A stretch of DNA of 64,000 bases from NCBI RefSeq assembly GCF_009914755.1, contig NC_060927.1. One strand, 5' to 3'. The notes beneath the pieces were generated by a model that saw only the letters and a list, made by a program, of their open reading frames with translations, had not been told where the DNA came from and searched no databases. The position numbers were made by a program, and so were the translations under genes. The stretch comes from the human T2T-CHM13v2.0 reference genome, Homo sapiens. Shown piece by piece: positions 39,192 to 55,850 of the stretch (within the stretch, counting starts at the first letter, position 1; each line of letters begins with the position of its first letter).

Positions 39192-40326
39192 AAGGCCAGC
39201 AGGAGAAGGGACAAAAGCAAGATACCAGAATAAGATAAGATAGGTCTTTGGAATTGAAGCGTTTCCAAATGTGAAACTGACAGACACCCTAGAGGTCCTG
39301 GGCTCCAGATCCTTCATTTAAAGGGTACAAAAATTTGATTCCTAGAGGAAGTAACTGACATGCCCCATCTGCATAGCATGTTACTAGACAAAGTAGGACC
39401 TAGGGGGTCCTGAACTCTGCTCCAGAGACCTTCACTGAAACCCACTGCCCATGAACAACAAGAGCCAGCTGCTTTCATTCAGGGGTGTTGGAGGAAAGCA
39501 CCATGAAGGAGGTGGGCAAGGACTGGGCTCTGGGGGAAGGACATAAGCAAAGGCATGGGTGCAGAACTCCCTTTGCACCTGGTTATCCAAGCGCCCTAAT
39601 TCCTCACACCAGCCCTGTCAATTCTTCCACCCCGCCCTCCGCCACCTTCCCTGGCACAAGGCTCCTTCTTGCTGAAGTATTCACAGCTGGAGCCCTGGAT
39701 TCTGGAGGGCACCTCAGCTGGGATTTCTACATTGCATTTTCAGGACTGTCCCACTGGGCCCCTCTGGGGGAAAGAGCAGGATGAGAGAAGACAGCCTCTG
39801 CACCAGAGAGGTCACCAAGCTAATTGGGCAGGTGCCCGGTGCCTCCCTTCCTTTCTGGAGCAGCTCTTCCAGGATCCTCTACAGAGACTCTTGTGGGGGT
39901 GGCATGAACAGCTCATTTGTTAGTAGCAGCAGCAACCAAGGCTGAGGGTGACATAGCATGGGATCTGAGACAGCGGAGGGAGGCAAAACGTGCCTTCCGT
40001 CACCACAGATACCCTCTGCCTGCTTATATCTGAGCCTGCCCTCCAGCCCCCACCCTGCTCCTTGGCTCCTCCTGAAGCCCCTTACCTGTCTCCATTTGTA
40101 TCTATCCTTCCACTCGCAGGGGACCATGGGTCCTGGGCGTGCCATATGCCAGGTGCTGGAGATACAGAGAAAACAACAAGGTGGGATCCTTTGCCCTCCA
40201 GTAATCATGAATAAGTCAGAGAAAGAGATTTAATGAATATATATAAAAGACAAACAGCAGGCCAGGCCCTATGCTAAGCCCTTTTGTTTTTTTTTCAACT
40301 CACAGTGCTGAGAGGTAACGGGGTTT

Positions 40327-40869
40327 GTGCTGGACAGAATTCTAAGGTAGCCCCAAGATTCCCAGCTCCCGATGCACATGCTCTGTAAAATCTCCTCCCA
40401 TTGGGTCCTCCCCAGCGGTCAGGCCCTGGGAACATGATGGGGAGTCACTTCCCTGACTGGGTTGTGTTATGTAAGACTCTGTCCTAGCAGGCTGGAGAGA
40501 GATTCTCCTGCTGGCTTTGCAGATGTGAGTAGCCGTGCTGGAAGAGGCCCACATGGCTAGGACTTGAGCATGGCCTCTAGGGGCTGAGATCAACCTCCAG
40601 CTGAGAGCCAGCAAGAATACAGGGACTCTGCCCCATAGACAAAAGGAACTGAATTCTGCCCACATCCCGAATGAGCTCAGAGGAGGACCCTATCCTCTAG
40701 ATCACCATGGGGCCCCAGCCAACGCCTTGATGTTGCTTTGTGAGACCCTGAACGGGCAATCCAGCTCTGCTGTGCCCAGACTCTGAACTATAGAAACTGC
40801 GAAATAATAAAGGATTGTGAAACCACTGTGTTTGTGGCAATTTGTTATGCAGCAACAGAAAAATAATTC
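40327..40869 (+). mobile_element. MLT1E/F-like solo LTR
   Basis: tgtgctggacagaattctaaggtagccccaagattccc...aaggaactgaattctgcc...tttgtggcaatttgttatgcagcaacagaaaa. Confidence 0.85.
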
Positions 40870-41392
40870 GGGGTGCTATTCAAAATATCCAAGAACTGGC
40901 AAGAAATGGGAACCAACCCATCAAAGAACACACAGGCAGTAAACAACTGTGGTGTGGGCAGAACATCAGTCTTGCAGGATGGTTTTGCCATTTTATAGAT
41001 GTGAAAACTGACGTTCAGTGGAAATTGACTAGCCCGAGGCTTCATAGCTAATAGGAGGCAGAGGCAGATTCATTCCCAGGCCTTCTGGAAAGCAGTTCAG
41101 TGTAGCAGCTAAGAGGATAGGCTTTGGTAAAGCTGATGGAGGGCTTTGAATGCCACCCTTAGGGATGTGGACTTGATTTTCTAGGTAATGGCAAGGCACT
41201 AATAAAAGTCAGTAACATGCCAGGGTAGAATAGAATGATAAGATTGGCAGTGTGTGGAGGAAGACAGCTACGTGTGAGTTAGGAAAGAGTTCAGTCAGAG
41301 AAGCGGAACTGTTATGAGTGATACAGAATAAGGCATTTGACAAAAGGATTAGGCCTTATGCAATTGTAAGACCCGGTTAAGAAGACTATGTA

Positions 41393-41490
41393 GGGGAGGC
41401 TTCAGTGGGAGAATCACTTGAGGCCAGGAGTTCAAAACTACCCTGGGCAACATGGCAAGACCTCATCTCTAAAAACAAATGTAAAGAAGA
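41393..41490 (+). mobile_element. Alu left-arm/FLAM fragment
   Basis: gggaggc...gagaatcacttgaggccaggagttcaaaactaccctgggcaacatggcaagacctcatctct. Confidence 0.8.
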
Positions 41491-42429
41491 GAAGTCTGGG
41501 CAAAACTGTGGTCCTTACTTCTGGTGTTGGGCCTGTAGGCATTACAGGTTGGCCAGGCTGGCAATCAGGAGGGAAATCAAGGTGTGAGGTGGAGGAGAGT
41601 AAGACAAACAGGGACCCAATAGGTGCCCTGCAACCCGAGAGGACAATTGTGGCTGAGCCCACAAGCTGCCCACTGGCTGGAGCCACAGCTGTCTTGAACT
41701 ACATCCAACCTGGACGATACAAGAGACACTGGAGCACTTCACCACGGAGCTGCGCTCGCATCTGGCCCAGGACTAGGTGAAGTCTGAGTAGCAGGGCTGG
41801 AGGGAGCTGCAGGAGATATGGGCTTGGGTGCTGCCCATGTCAATGAGGCCAGGCAGCAGGACCGCAACAGCCATGACCAGTCACAGTGTTTGGCATCTTA
41901 CGCTGGGCTTCAGAGCTTGAAAATTGCTGTTTCTTCATTTCACCTTCCGAATCTCATGTATATTCCTCTTTATAGCCAACCCTAAATGGAAGCATATTGG
42001 GAAGGCAACTGTGGGAAATGTAGCTCCCACTTAGCTAAGTTGACTCAGCCCCAATCAACTTCCATCTCAACAAAGAAAAAAGTCTGAAGCCAAGGGAATG
42101 ACCTACCAGGGCTGGAATTTTGAAGTACAAAGTTTCTGTGGAAGGCCTTTTGTGGAGGATTTACAAAGACGTTGTGCCCCTTGGGATCTTGATCCCAAAA
42201 CTGCCCACTCTTCACCCTGTCACATGCTGCCTCCTTACAGCCCCCCATCTCTGGCAGTGCCTAGAGTCCTTGGCTGTGGCCATAACGTTTCAGCAATCAC
42301 AGTTTGCCATTCTGCTCGCAGATTTTAGAGTCTCCCTTGGCTGGTACCTTCCTCCCTTCTTCCACTCACACATTTTCTAAATGACCCCAAAAAGGTCACT
42401 CTGCAATCCTGATTGTCTAATCAGTGCTG

Positions 42430-42670
42430 GATCCCTCTGTAGTGTCCCCGATACATGCTCAGTTTGTTTGCCACCATTGATGGTGAACTCACTACCTGTT
42501 AAAGCTGCCTGCCTACTCCATTTTTGAATGGTGGAAATAGAAAGATATTGTTTATACTGAGGTGAAATACATCTCCCTGTAGCTGCCACCTATGGATCCA
42601 AATTTTACCATGAGGTGTAGTAAAAAAAGAAAAAAAAATCTAATTCCCCACATGTGGCAGTTAAAAAATT
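42430..42670 (-). mobile_element. L3/CR1 LINE relic
   Basis: gatggtgaactcactacct...agaaagatattgtttatactgaggtgaaatacatctccctgtagctgccaccta. Confidence 0.6.
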
Positions 42671-42935
42671 GGAATCAGAAAAACCTGAGCTCAGATGTTA
42701 GCCCTGCCACCCCTAGCTCTCTGAGTTAGCTCTGCCCATTCACTTCAGCATCCATTGGGGGATCCTGCCCATGGGAATTCATACTGTGGTAGAGTAACCG
42801 TGATTTTCCACTTCCCTGTGCTTCGATTTCCACATCTGTAAAATGGGGCCTTTGAGAATTTTTTTAAGCACATAATACACTTAGCACTATGCCTGGCACA
42901 AACTTAGAGCCCAGTAAGTACTAGCTTTTATTACT
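42670..42935 (+). mobile_element. MIR
   Basis: ctgtgcttcgatttccacatctgtaaaatgggg...cacttagcactatgcctggcaca. Confidence 0.7.
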
Positions 42936-43165
42936 CAAACATAACAATGTCTCTAAGAACAGTCTTTCTAGGTTAAATATTTCCAGTTTATGTCATGGTC
43001 CTTAGCCCCCTCATCATTCCGGATTCCAAGTGCAGAGCATACACTCGGTGGGCCACAGTCTATCGAATGGGACTTGCCTTGCCTGCCCCATCCTAGCTGT
43101 ACCAATTCCTGCCTCCCATCCGAGCAGTACCAATTTCCTGCAGGGCCTGACCCCAGTGACTGGAA

Positions 43166-43223
43166 GCCAGGAGTTCAAGACTAGCCTGGGCAACATGGCA
43201 AGACCTCATCTCTAAAAACAAAT
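43166..43223 (+). repeat. 58-bp Alu fragment duplicated with 41423-41480
   Basis: 56/58 identity, including shared non-consensus bases and the aaaaacaaat end. Confidence 0.85.
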
Positions 43224-43391
43224 CTTTAAAGACTCAGAAGCTGGGAGCACCATGCAGCAGGAACTAGCTGTGCTGTTGCATCTAGTGGGAACAGGGAGGT
43301 GTCCGGGAAAGCTGAGAATAACTGTCCTGGGACTGAGCATGAGAGATGGCAGCAGCTGGTGCGGGTCTGGGTGGGGGCTCCAACCTGCACC

Positions 43392-43445
43392 TGCAGTAAT
43401 GTGGACACATGCAGTAACGTGGACGTCTGCAGTAACGCAGATGCA
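43392..43445 (+). repeat. 18-bp minisatellite, 3 degenerate copies
   Basis: tgcagtaatgtggacaca / tgcagtaacgtggacgtc / tgcagtaacgcagatgca. Confidence 0.85.
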
Positions 43446-43599
43446 CGCCTTGGCCCCTCCCTCCCCAGCCCCATGCCCACTGCTCACCTCAGACTGGCAG
43501 AAACAGCTGAGGGAGATGTTCCTTCAGAATTAAAAATTCCTGGCCTGGTGCCGGGGATGTGTGTGTGCGTGTGTGTGGGGGGGTGCACGCGCATGTATA

Positions 43600-48007
<4,408 letters not shown>

Positions 48008-48566
48008 TGCAGGTTCATTTTATGTGTCAACTCTACTGGGCCAGATACCTGGTTACATATTATTTCTAGGTGTATCTGTTAAGGTGTCTCTGGAAGAGAT
48101 TAACATTTGACTTGGTAAACTGAGTAAAGCAGATTGCTCTCCCCAGTATGGGTGGACATCATCCAATCTGTTCAGACCTCAAATACAACAAAAGGGTGGA
48201 GGAGAGTTGAATTCTATCTCTACCCAGTGGTGAGAGCTGAGACATTGGTCTTTTCCTGCCCTTGGCCTGGGACTTACATCATCAGCTCCCCTGGTTCTCA
48301 GATCTTCAGGCTCAGCCTGGAATTTATAACACCAGCTTTCCTGAGTCTCCAGCTTGCAAATGGTAGATTACGGGACTTCTCAGCCCCCATAATCAAGCAA
48401 GCCAATTCCTTATAATGAATCTCAGCATCTAACTATCTATCTGTCTGTCTGTCTATCTATCTATCTCTCTATCTATCTGTCTATCATCTACCTATCTATC
48501 TATCTATGCATCCATCCATCCATCTATCCTATTTGTTCCATTTCTCTGGAGAACCCTGACTAATAA
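48008..48566 (+). mobile_element. MLT2 3' LTR of the HERV-L provirus
   Basis: Follows gggtgccaagttgacaaaggatagat (polypurine-tract region); ttttatgtgtcaact...tttctctggagaaccctgactaata. Confidence 0.9.
48428..48530 (+). repeat. Compound (TCTA/TCTG/TCCA)n microsatellite in LTR
   Basis: Direct inspection. Confidence 0.93.
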
Positions 48567-48589
48567 ACTCTCCCACCTGGAAAAAAAGT

Positions 48590-49320
48590 TTTTAAACTAT
48601 TCAAAATTTGTGCAACAGAAATTTTCAAGAAACTGGTCATCAGGAAAGGAAGGACAGATCCCTAAGAGAAAAGAAACCAGTAAGGTGAGCCAGCCCTACA
48701 ACTGCCCAGCCCACTGTCTTGAGAGAGTCTCCAGGTCACGACTTAGGGATGGGAACCCAGGCAGAGCTTGGCAAACTCTGTTGAGGAAATGCAGCTTAGA
48801 GTTCAGAGAGACCGTGGCAGCTAGAGAGATAGGAGAGAGACCAGAGGGGAGATTTCCCCAGAGAAAGCAAAACCTGGAGACCAGCAGAAGGTATCTCTTG
48901 GGTCTTCAGGAGAATACTTATTAGGATGTGTAGGAATACTACTGGAGGCAGGGAAAAGAACCATTTGAAAGGATTAGAGGTAACAGTGTCTAGTATTTAC
49001 ACACAGCTGGAAACTGGTCATTCCCACAGCTGGACACAGCCTGTTCCCACCAGCCAGACCGCAAAAACTCACCATTCACTGGGCACTCAGTAGAGTATTT
49101 GGGAAGGTCATGCCTCCATGGTGGGGTATAATTAGCCCTAAACTGATCCTTGTTGTAGACTCCAAAAAATCTTAAAAACAAGACTCTAAAGATTCAAATT
49201 GTTTCTGAATAACTCAACTATGCCCTAGAACAAAGATCAAGATTATTTATAAGAATACAAAACATTCAGCTACTGACAAGGTAAAATTCACAACGGCTGG
49301 CACCCAATAAAAAATTATTG
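48590..49320 (+). mobile_element. Old L1M 5' region fragment
   Basis: aaggtgagccagccctacaactgcccagc; gggaaaagaaccatttgaaaggattagagg; acaaggtaaaattcacaa...caataaaaaatta. Confidence 0.65.
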
Positions 49321-49598
<278 letters not shown>

Positions 49599-50276
49599 TT
49601 AAATTTATTGACCCAGCCCCACTACTATTTATCTCTCTTAAGGTTCAGGAGGCTCTTCCCCACCTTTGAGCTGCCCAGCCTCAGAGACCGTGTTTCCAGT
49701 CTAGCCTCTGAAACACCTGGAGCCTGTTCCCTTCCCGGCTGACAGCCGAGTGGGAGGGAGCTCCTCTTCTTCCATGTGTGATGGTGTACTCAGAGACTCC
49801 CAGGAGCCCTCGCAGCTGGAAACTGGGCTGGACCCCAGCTCTCATTTCACAAGGGAGGCACATACAGGAAGCCAGTGATGCTAGCAACAGAGAAGCCTGT
49901 AGCAGGTTCCAGCTCAGAGAGCCCTTCTGGAGGCCCTGACCACCACCTTTACCCAGCCTCCAGCCTAGAGCAGTGCTAGACCAGATGAGGACATTAGATG
50001 GCTGACCTCAAAGGAACCCAGGAAGCCCTCAACTCACCCTTCTTTTATGACTGGGGAAGCTCAGGCCTTGAATGACTGAGTGACAGTCGCTTAAGTTCTC
50101 CCTCAGCAAATCTACTTCCGCAAGGCACTGCGACTCCTGCCTCCAAAGTGGGCATGTTCCCTCCAGCCTGAGATGAGTTAACCAACCCCTTGCGGAGGAA
50201 GTAGAGCAAAGATCTCATTTCTGGGCTTAGGACAGCCGCGCTACCAACATGGACAGAATGGACGCGGGGGCTGCCT

Positions 50277-50333
50277 TCCACCTCCCTCAGACGCCCACAC
50301 AGTCCAGTGGTCCACCTCCCTCAGACGCCCACA
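50277..50333 (+). repeat. 23-bp direct repeat with 11-bp spacer
   Basis: tccacctccctcagacgcccaca at 50277-50299 and 50311-50333. Confidence 0.93.
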
Positions 50334-51046
50334 TGGGCCAGGGTCCTCCTCTATCAGAGGAAGGGCCCCTTCCTTGTTCTTTCCCTTCCTGCCCCAGATC
50401 AGAACAAGAAAAGCAGAGACTCCCCAGGCCAGGAGAGCAGGGCCAAGATGTGAGGAGCAGTCATTCTCCTCTCGAGACCTCTGATTGTGCACAGGGGCCA
50501 GTGGAGGCTCCCAAGAGGCTGTCCACGGGGACCATGTTAGGTCTCTTCAGGCTCCAAGGGCAAGTCTAAGGGGGGAAGACCCCCATGATGGTGTGCCCTT
50601 TTGTTCTGAAGCAGCTGCCTCCCTCTGCTTTGGTGCCAGGCACTGAAAACATTTTTCTTGATTTAGGGGCCCCACTTATACTTAACATAGACAAGAGATA
50701 CCAGGATGTGCTCACATCATAGTGAGCATACACAGCAAGAACACGTAGTGTGTCCATCAGTGTCCTCATCACATTGCTCTCCTTGTGTTTGTTGCAAGGC
50801 TGCTGGTCTCCCTTCCAGACTGAGCTCCTCATGGGCCAGGGCTGTGCTTGAGCTGTCCTTGAATTCCTAGTGTTAGAAAAGGGCACAGCCTGTGGGAGCC
50901 CCGGATGAATGTGCTGGACCAAATGGCAGAGCTAGAGTCCAAACCCTGCTCTCACTCTGTCCACACCCAGGGCTCTTTCTATTCTACTGTCAGTTCCCTG
51001 GCTGAGCAGAGCTACAGGCCCATGGGAGAGGACTGGGGAATGACTG

Positions 51047-51166
51047 CACCATGCCTGGCCTGAAATATTTAGAAGAATGGCCATATCTGGGGTTGCACCA
51101 TAGTACCCCCAAACCCACCCCTGGGGCAGGAGAGGGTGTTGAAAGGAGAGTCCAGCAAAACACATA
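51047..51166 (+). repeat. 120-bp dispersed duplicate of 52871-52990
   Basis: 5 mismatches over the 106 non-Alu bases; the 14-bp Alu end differs only at CpG sites. Confidence 0.95.
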
Positions 51167-51299
51167 TAGAACAGGCTTGCTGTTAGGATGTAGCATCTGT
51201 TCCCACATGGTTTTGGCCTCCCCTTCTGTGGGGGTTTGGTTGGTGATAACAGAGAAGCAATAAGGTGTGAAGTGACAGTGCCAGCCCATCTGAAGATAA

Positions 51300-51591
51300 A
51301 GCTGCTGGACAGGCAATTTGCACCTAGGAAAGGAAGGGCCCCTGTAACTGCCAGACTCCCCATCCGTCTGGCCAAGGCTGTCTCGGTGCTGCACCACCGC
51401 CCGAGGGTCCTCCTATGTATGACTCTCCCTTCCCCCTCTCTCTCCACAGGGGTGCAAAAGTGGTTGGAAGTCTCTCCCCACCTTTTCCTGCTCCCTCTCC
51501 TTTTTGTCCGACACAGATGTTCTCTCAATAAATCTCTGGCCAGTCTAATTCCATCTTGGCATCTACCTCTGGAAGAACTGGGACTGATATA
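51300..51591 (+). mobile_element. ERVL LTR fragment (LTR16-like)
   Basis: caataaatctctggccagtctaattccatcttggcatctacctctggaagaactgggactgata. Confidence 0.65.
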
Positions 51592-52208
51592 GAGGGTGGC
51601 AGAGGGGCTGGGGGTGATGGCTGGGGGTATTCACGAAGGAGGGCAGGGGGAGGCGGCTCTGCCCAAAAAGTCCTGACTTTCCCATTCCTGGCTGTGACAC
51701 TTGGCTTCCTCATCAGTTTGAAATGGTTAGAAAGTGGGACATCTGGGCTGGATTTTAAAACACACTACATTATCTAAGGTGTAAAAGAAGTGAGTTTGGC
51801 TGGCAGATGGGAGAAAACGCTAACGATAAGAAGTGCTAGCTGGTAATTAGTTCCCTTAAGGAACTCACAGGAGCTCCCTGAACCACAGAGTGGATGGCAC
51901 ATACACGGAGGCAATTCCACGCCATGTTGCCCAATCAATTCTAAAAGCCCCGGCCCACAACCAAGCAGCAATTAGGAGATTGGAGAAGTGAAACTGGAAA
52001 CTGAATCCAAATGACTGCCATGTCACTCCAACTCAAGTTCATCCTTTCCGAAAAGAGGGGCATAAAAGGGACCTCAGGGATGAAACCCTTGCCTTGGGAG
52101 GGTGAGCAGCTGACAGGAGGGTCAGGAGGGGCTACCACCAGCGAGGCCAGAGTCAGGACCTGCAGCGTGTGACCGGAGGGTGGAGGTAAGAATGTGGGCA
52201 CACCTATT

Positions 52209-52227
52209 CCTCCCGCAGGGGGCACTT
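52209..52227 (+). promoter_or_regulatory. Candidate CTCF binding site
   Basis: cctcccgcagggggcactt matches the core CC(A/G)(C/G)(C/T)AG(A/G)(G/T)GGC(A/G)C with one mismatch; motif only, no binding data. Confidence 0.5.
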
Positions 52228-52579
52228 TCCAATATTAGCTGTTCTGTGACAGGGGACAGGCTTGAAAGACAGAGCCCAGGGACAGAACCACTCATTTGTG
52301 ACCATCAAATCCCATGGCTTTAACTAGAATGAGATACTACATACGTAATGTCTACAGAAAACTGGAAACTTAAAACCGAAACCTCAGCGGAGAGTTAGCC
52401 AGTGAGAACGAGGTATTCCTACCCAGCTCCCAGTTTGCCTTAGCTACAGGGAAACCTAAAACTTCAGTCACAGTTTAAGTGCCTAGTTACTGATTTTCCT
52501 TTGTCTCTTTTCTTTTGTTTTGGCCTTAATTTTCAATGTCCACATTTTAGACTTTATTTTGTCAGAGTAGAAATGTTTA

Positions 52580-52963
<384 letters not shown>

Positions 52964-53052
52964 TGAAAGGAGAGTCCAGCAAAACACATAAACAATTTTT
53001 TTGGTAGCTGTGATTTTATGGTCTGTATGTGTAATGATCATACAGAAATGCC

Positions 53053-53178
53053 TGTGTGTGTATATGTGTGTGTACATGTGTATGTGTGTGCGTGCACGTG
53101 TGTGTGTGTGTGTGCGCATGTGTGTGTGTGCGTGTGTGCATGTGTGTGCATGTGTGTGTGTGTGTGTGTGTGTGTGTA
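53053..53178 (+). repeat. Compound (TG)n/(CA)/(CG) alternating purine-pyrimidine tract
   Basis: About 125 bp of continuous RY alternation. Confidence 0.95.
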
Positions 53179-53556
53179 GTTCTGTTTCATTTTTTCTGTG
53201 TTGATTAATGGGAGCTCACACAGCACAGCCCACTTGTGCCACCCTCTTACTGGTAGCACATGCCCTCAGGACTGGTGAGGGCAGGGTCCAGTGAAGTTCT
53301 GTGCTAACCCAAATATTCAAAGAAGTGGGTGCTAAAACGGAGCACATACATTCATAAGGCAAACCTAGAAGCAACAGAGGACCAAGGTTAAGAAAAACCC
53401 AACATGACCCTAGAAATTCTGTCAAAAAGGCAGGTCCAGTTTCCTAAATGATCACAGCCAAGGGCGAGCCACTAAGAGGTGCAATCCAAGTGCAGATGAT
53501 GCTCCCATATCCCTGTGTCTGGGCAGGGAAATAACAGACCAAATGCATAACTAAGG

Positions 53557-54030
53557 TGGGCAGAATGATGACCCCCAAAGGGGGGCCACACCCTAATTCC
53601 CAGAACCTATGATTACATTAGGTTGCACGGCAAAGAAGAATTAAGGCTGCAGATGGAATAGGAAGGTTATCCTAGATTATCTGGGTGGCCCCATTTTCAT
53701 CACAAGATCCTTAAAGTGGAAGAGAGAGGCAGAAGAGGAGGTCAGAGAGAGGTGATATGAGGACTCAGCCAGTTGTTGCTGGCTGTGCAGATGAAGGAAG
53801 AGCTACAGCTTAGGGATATGAGCAGCCCCTAGCAGCTAGAAAAAGCAAGGAAATGAGATTCTCCCCTAGAGCCTCCAGAGGGAATGCAGCCCTGCCCACA
53901 CCTCGATTTTAGCACAGTGAGACTCATGTTGGACTCATAACTCATGGAGCTCTACGTAATAAATAGGTGTTGCTTTAAGCCGCTAAGCTTGCGGTAATTT
54001 GTTAGAGCAGTTACAGAAAACGAAGACAAT
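53557..54030 (+). mobile_element. MLT1D-like solo LTR
   Basis: gtgggcagaatgatgacccccaaag...aattaaggctgcagatggaa...ttctcccctagagcctccagagggaatgcagccctgcc...tttaagccgctaagcttgcggtaatttgtta. Confidence 0.85.
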
Positions 54031-54074
54031 AATGTCCCTGTACCTGATTACCTTCTGCCAAAATGGCACTGCTC

Positions 54075-54206
54075 AGGGTTCTGAGCACATTCAACGCAGG
54101 CTAGGCTAAGCTAAAACATTTGAGGGGTTAGGTGTATTAGACGCAGTTTCAACTTACCATGGGTTTATTGGGTCATAGCCCCATCATAAGTCAAGGAGCA
54201 TGTGTA
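54075..54206 (-). mobile_element. MER47A fragment
   Basis: gttctgagcacatt...ggctaggctaagcta...gttaggtgtatta...ccccatcataagtcaaggagcatgtg. Confidence 0.8.
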
Positions 54207-54424
54207 ATAAGAACACGAAGAAATATATTTGATAAAGTATAATAAAGGAGGTGTACACTAAAGCAAAGCTCCATTTGGATGTTAATCCAAGCACAGAATA
54301 TGAATTGGTGGTGATCTGATGATAGGTGGTCTGATCTCCCCCAGCGTGGCCTTCCCCTGAACTTCATCTCTCCACGGTGGCCATGAGGCCTCTGCCTAAA
54401 CACTGCTACCACTGGGATGTGGCC

Positions 54425-54740
54425 ACGTCACCAGGAGTTCACGTGGTTTTGATTACTAGAAAGATTTTCCATACTAAGCTGAATCCGTACCCCTATAGCT
54501 TCCATCCACTGGCTCTAGTTATAGTTCTTGAAGTGCTTAGAATATTTTCTTCACTGTGAGGCTATGAAGACAAGTGCCACGTATATATCCTTTCTAAAGT
54601 TCCCTCTCCCCTCCCAAGCCTAACACATATGGGTCTTTCATTTATTCCCCACATGCTGGACAGGATCCTTTTCAACTACATTCCCCCCTAAAATGTGGCA
54701 CTCACAACCAAATACACAATTCCACATAAATAGAGTGGTA
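54425..54740 (-). mobile_element. L3/CR1 LINE relic
   Basis: ttactagaaagattttccatactaagctgaatc...ccctatagcttccatccactggctctagtt...aaaatgtggcactcacaaccaaatacacaattcca. Confidence 0.6.
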
Positions 54741-55249
54741 GGGGCAAAGTTCAATAGTTCCAATACTAGATGTAAGAGCTGCACCACTCCCACCCTCTCA
54801 AATGGTAGACTAGAGGGTCTCCACGGACTCTTCTAGCCCTGATGTTCCAAGATTCTAAGAGGAAGGTACCTAAGAATAGACTCGTTCATGCAACAAATAT
54901 TTACTGCTTTTGTACTAATTTTATTATACCCTCCCTTGGCATTTATAGACAACCCAGATCAAGGGTTTTACAGTCCAGCTTGGGTCTGCAGGGCATCCTC
55001 TGCAGTTGCCAGTCCTCTAGAGGCTCAGGAAGTGGGCGTTCCAGAAGCAACGACTGCCTTCAGTGACAGCATGAGCTGCCCAAAGGCTTCCAAGCACCTT
55101 AAAACCTATTCTCTTCTGAAGAGCCTTCCAAGTTGTGGATCTTGGAACTCTCTGTCCCTTGTTTTTATTCTGCAGATACATATTCAGACCTGTTTTTGTT
55201 ATCTCAGATCCTAAGCCTCTGATTCAAAAGGACAGAGCCTATGGAATAA

Positions 55250-55376
55250 TCATTCAAAAAGGGAAAGTTGAAAGCAGTATCTAAATCCAAGGCATTAAAG
55301 TGGCCACGCTATCAAAATCTTTGGCCCACTAAGTTCACTTTTAAGAATTTGTCTTACAGATTCACACACACAGAAA

Positions 55377-55412
<36 letters not shown>

Positions 55413-55850
55413 GTGCATACATATATATACATATGTATATTTTAGCTATATTTATAATAGAAAAAGATTGGAAATCTAAAAATATCTCAGTAGGAAACTG
55501 GTTCAAACAATGTGCAACCATACAGAACAATCCTATTCAGCCTTAAAAACAAAAAGGAAACAATAATATATAAAAAGATATAATGTTAAAAGAGAAAAGC
55601 AAAGTACAGAACAATGTATCTAGTATGCTACCATTTCTGTAAAAAAAAAAAAAAAAAAGAGGACTGCATATTTTCTTGCATGTGCATAAGACATCTCTAG
55701 AAAGCTTCACTAAGAATTGGTAGAAACTGGTTGCCTCCAAGAACTCAATGGCTGGAAAGTTGTGGCGGCAGGAAGACTTTTTGCTGTATATTCTTTTGTG
55801 CCTTATGAATAATAAACCATGATAATATACTGCTTAAAAATAAAATATTT
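55250..55850 (+). mobile_element. L1ME 3'UTR fragment with (CA)n at 55363-55410
   Basis: tttataatagaaaaagattggaaa...agaaaagcaaagtacagaacaatgtatctagtatgctaccattt...ggttgcctc. Confidence 0.7.

Noticed and set aside
43392-43445. Short repeats (also 50277-50333) as a CRISPR-like array
   Set aside because: Only 2-3 units, no unique spacers of CRISPR length, no cas genes, primate genomic context.
50932-51528. Longest ORF in the track (198 aa, minus strand)
   Set aside because: No recognisable domain, non-ATG start, and it runs across an LTR fragment and the 120-bp duplicated insert; consistent with chance.
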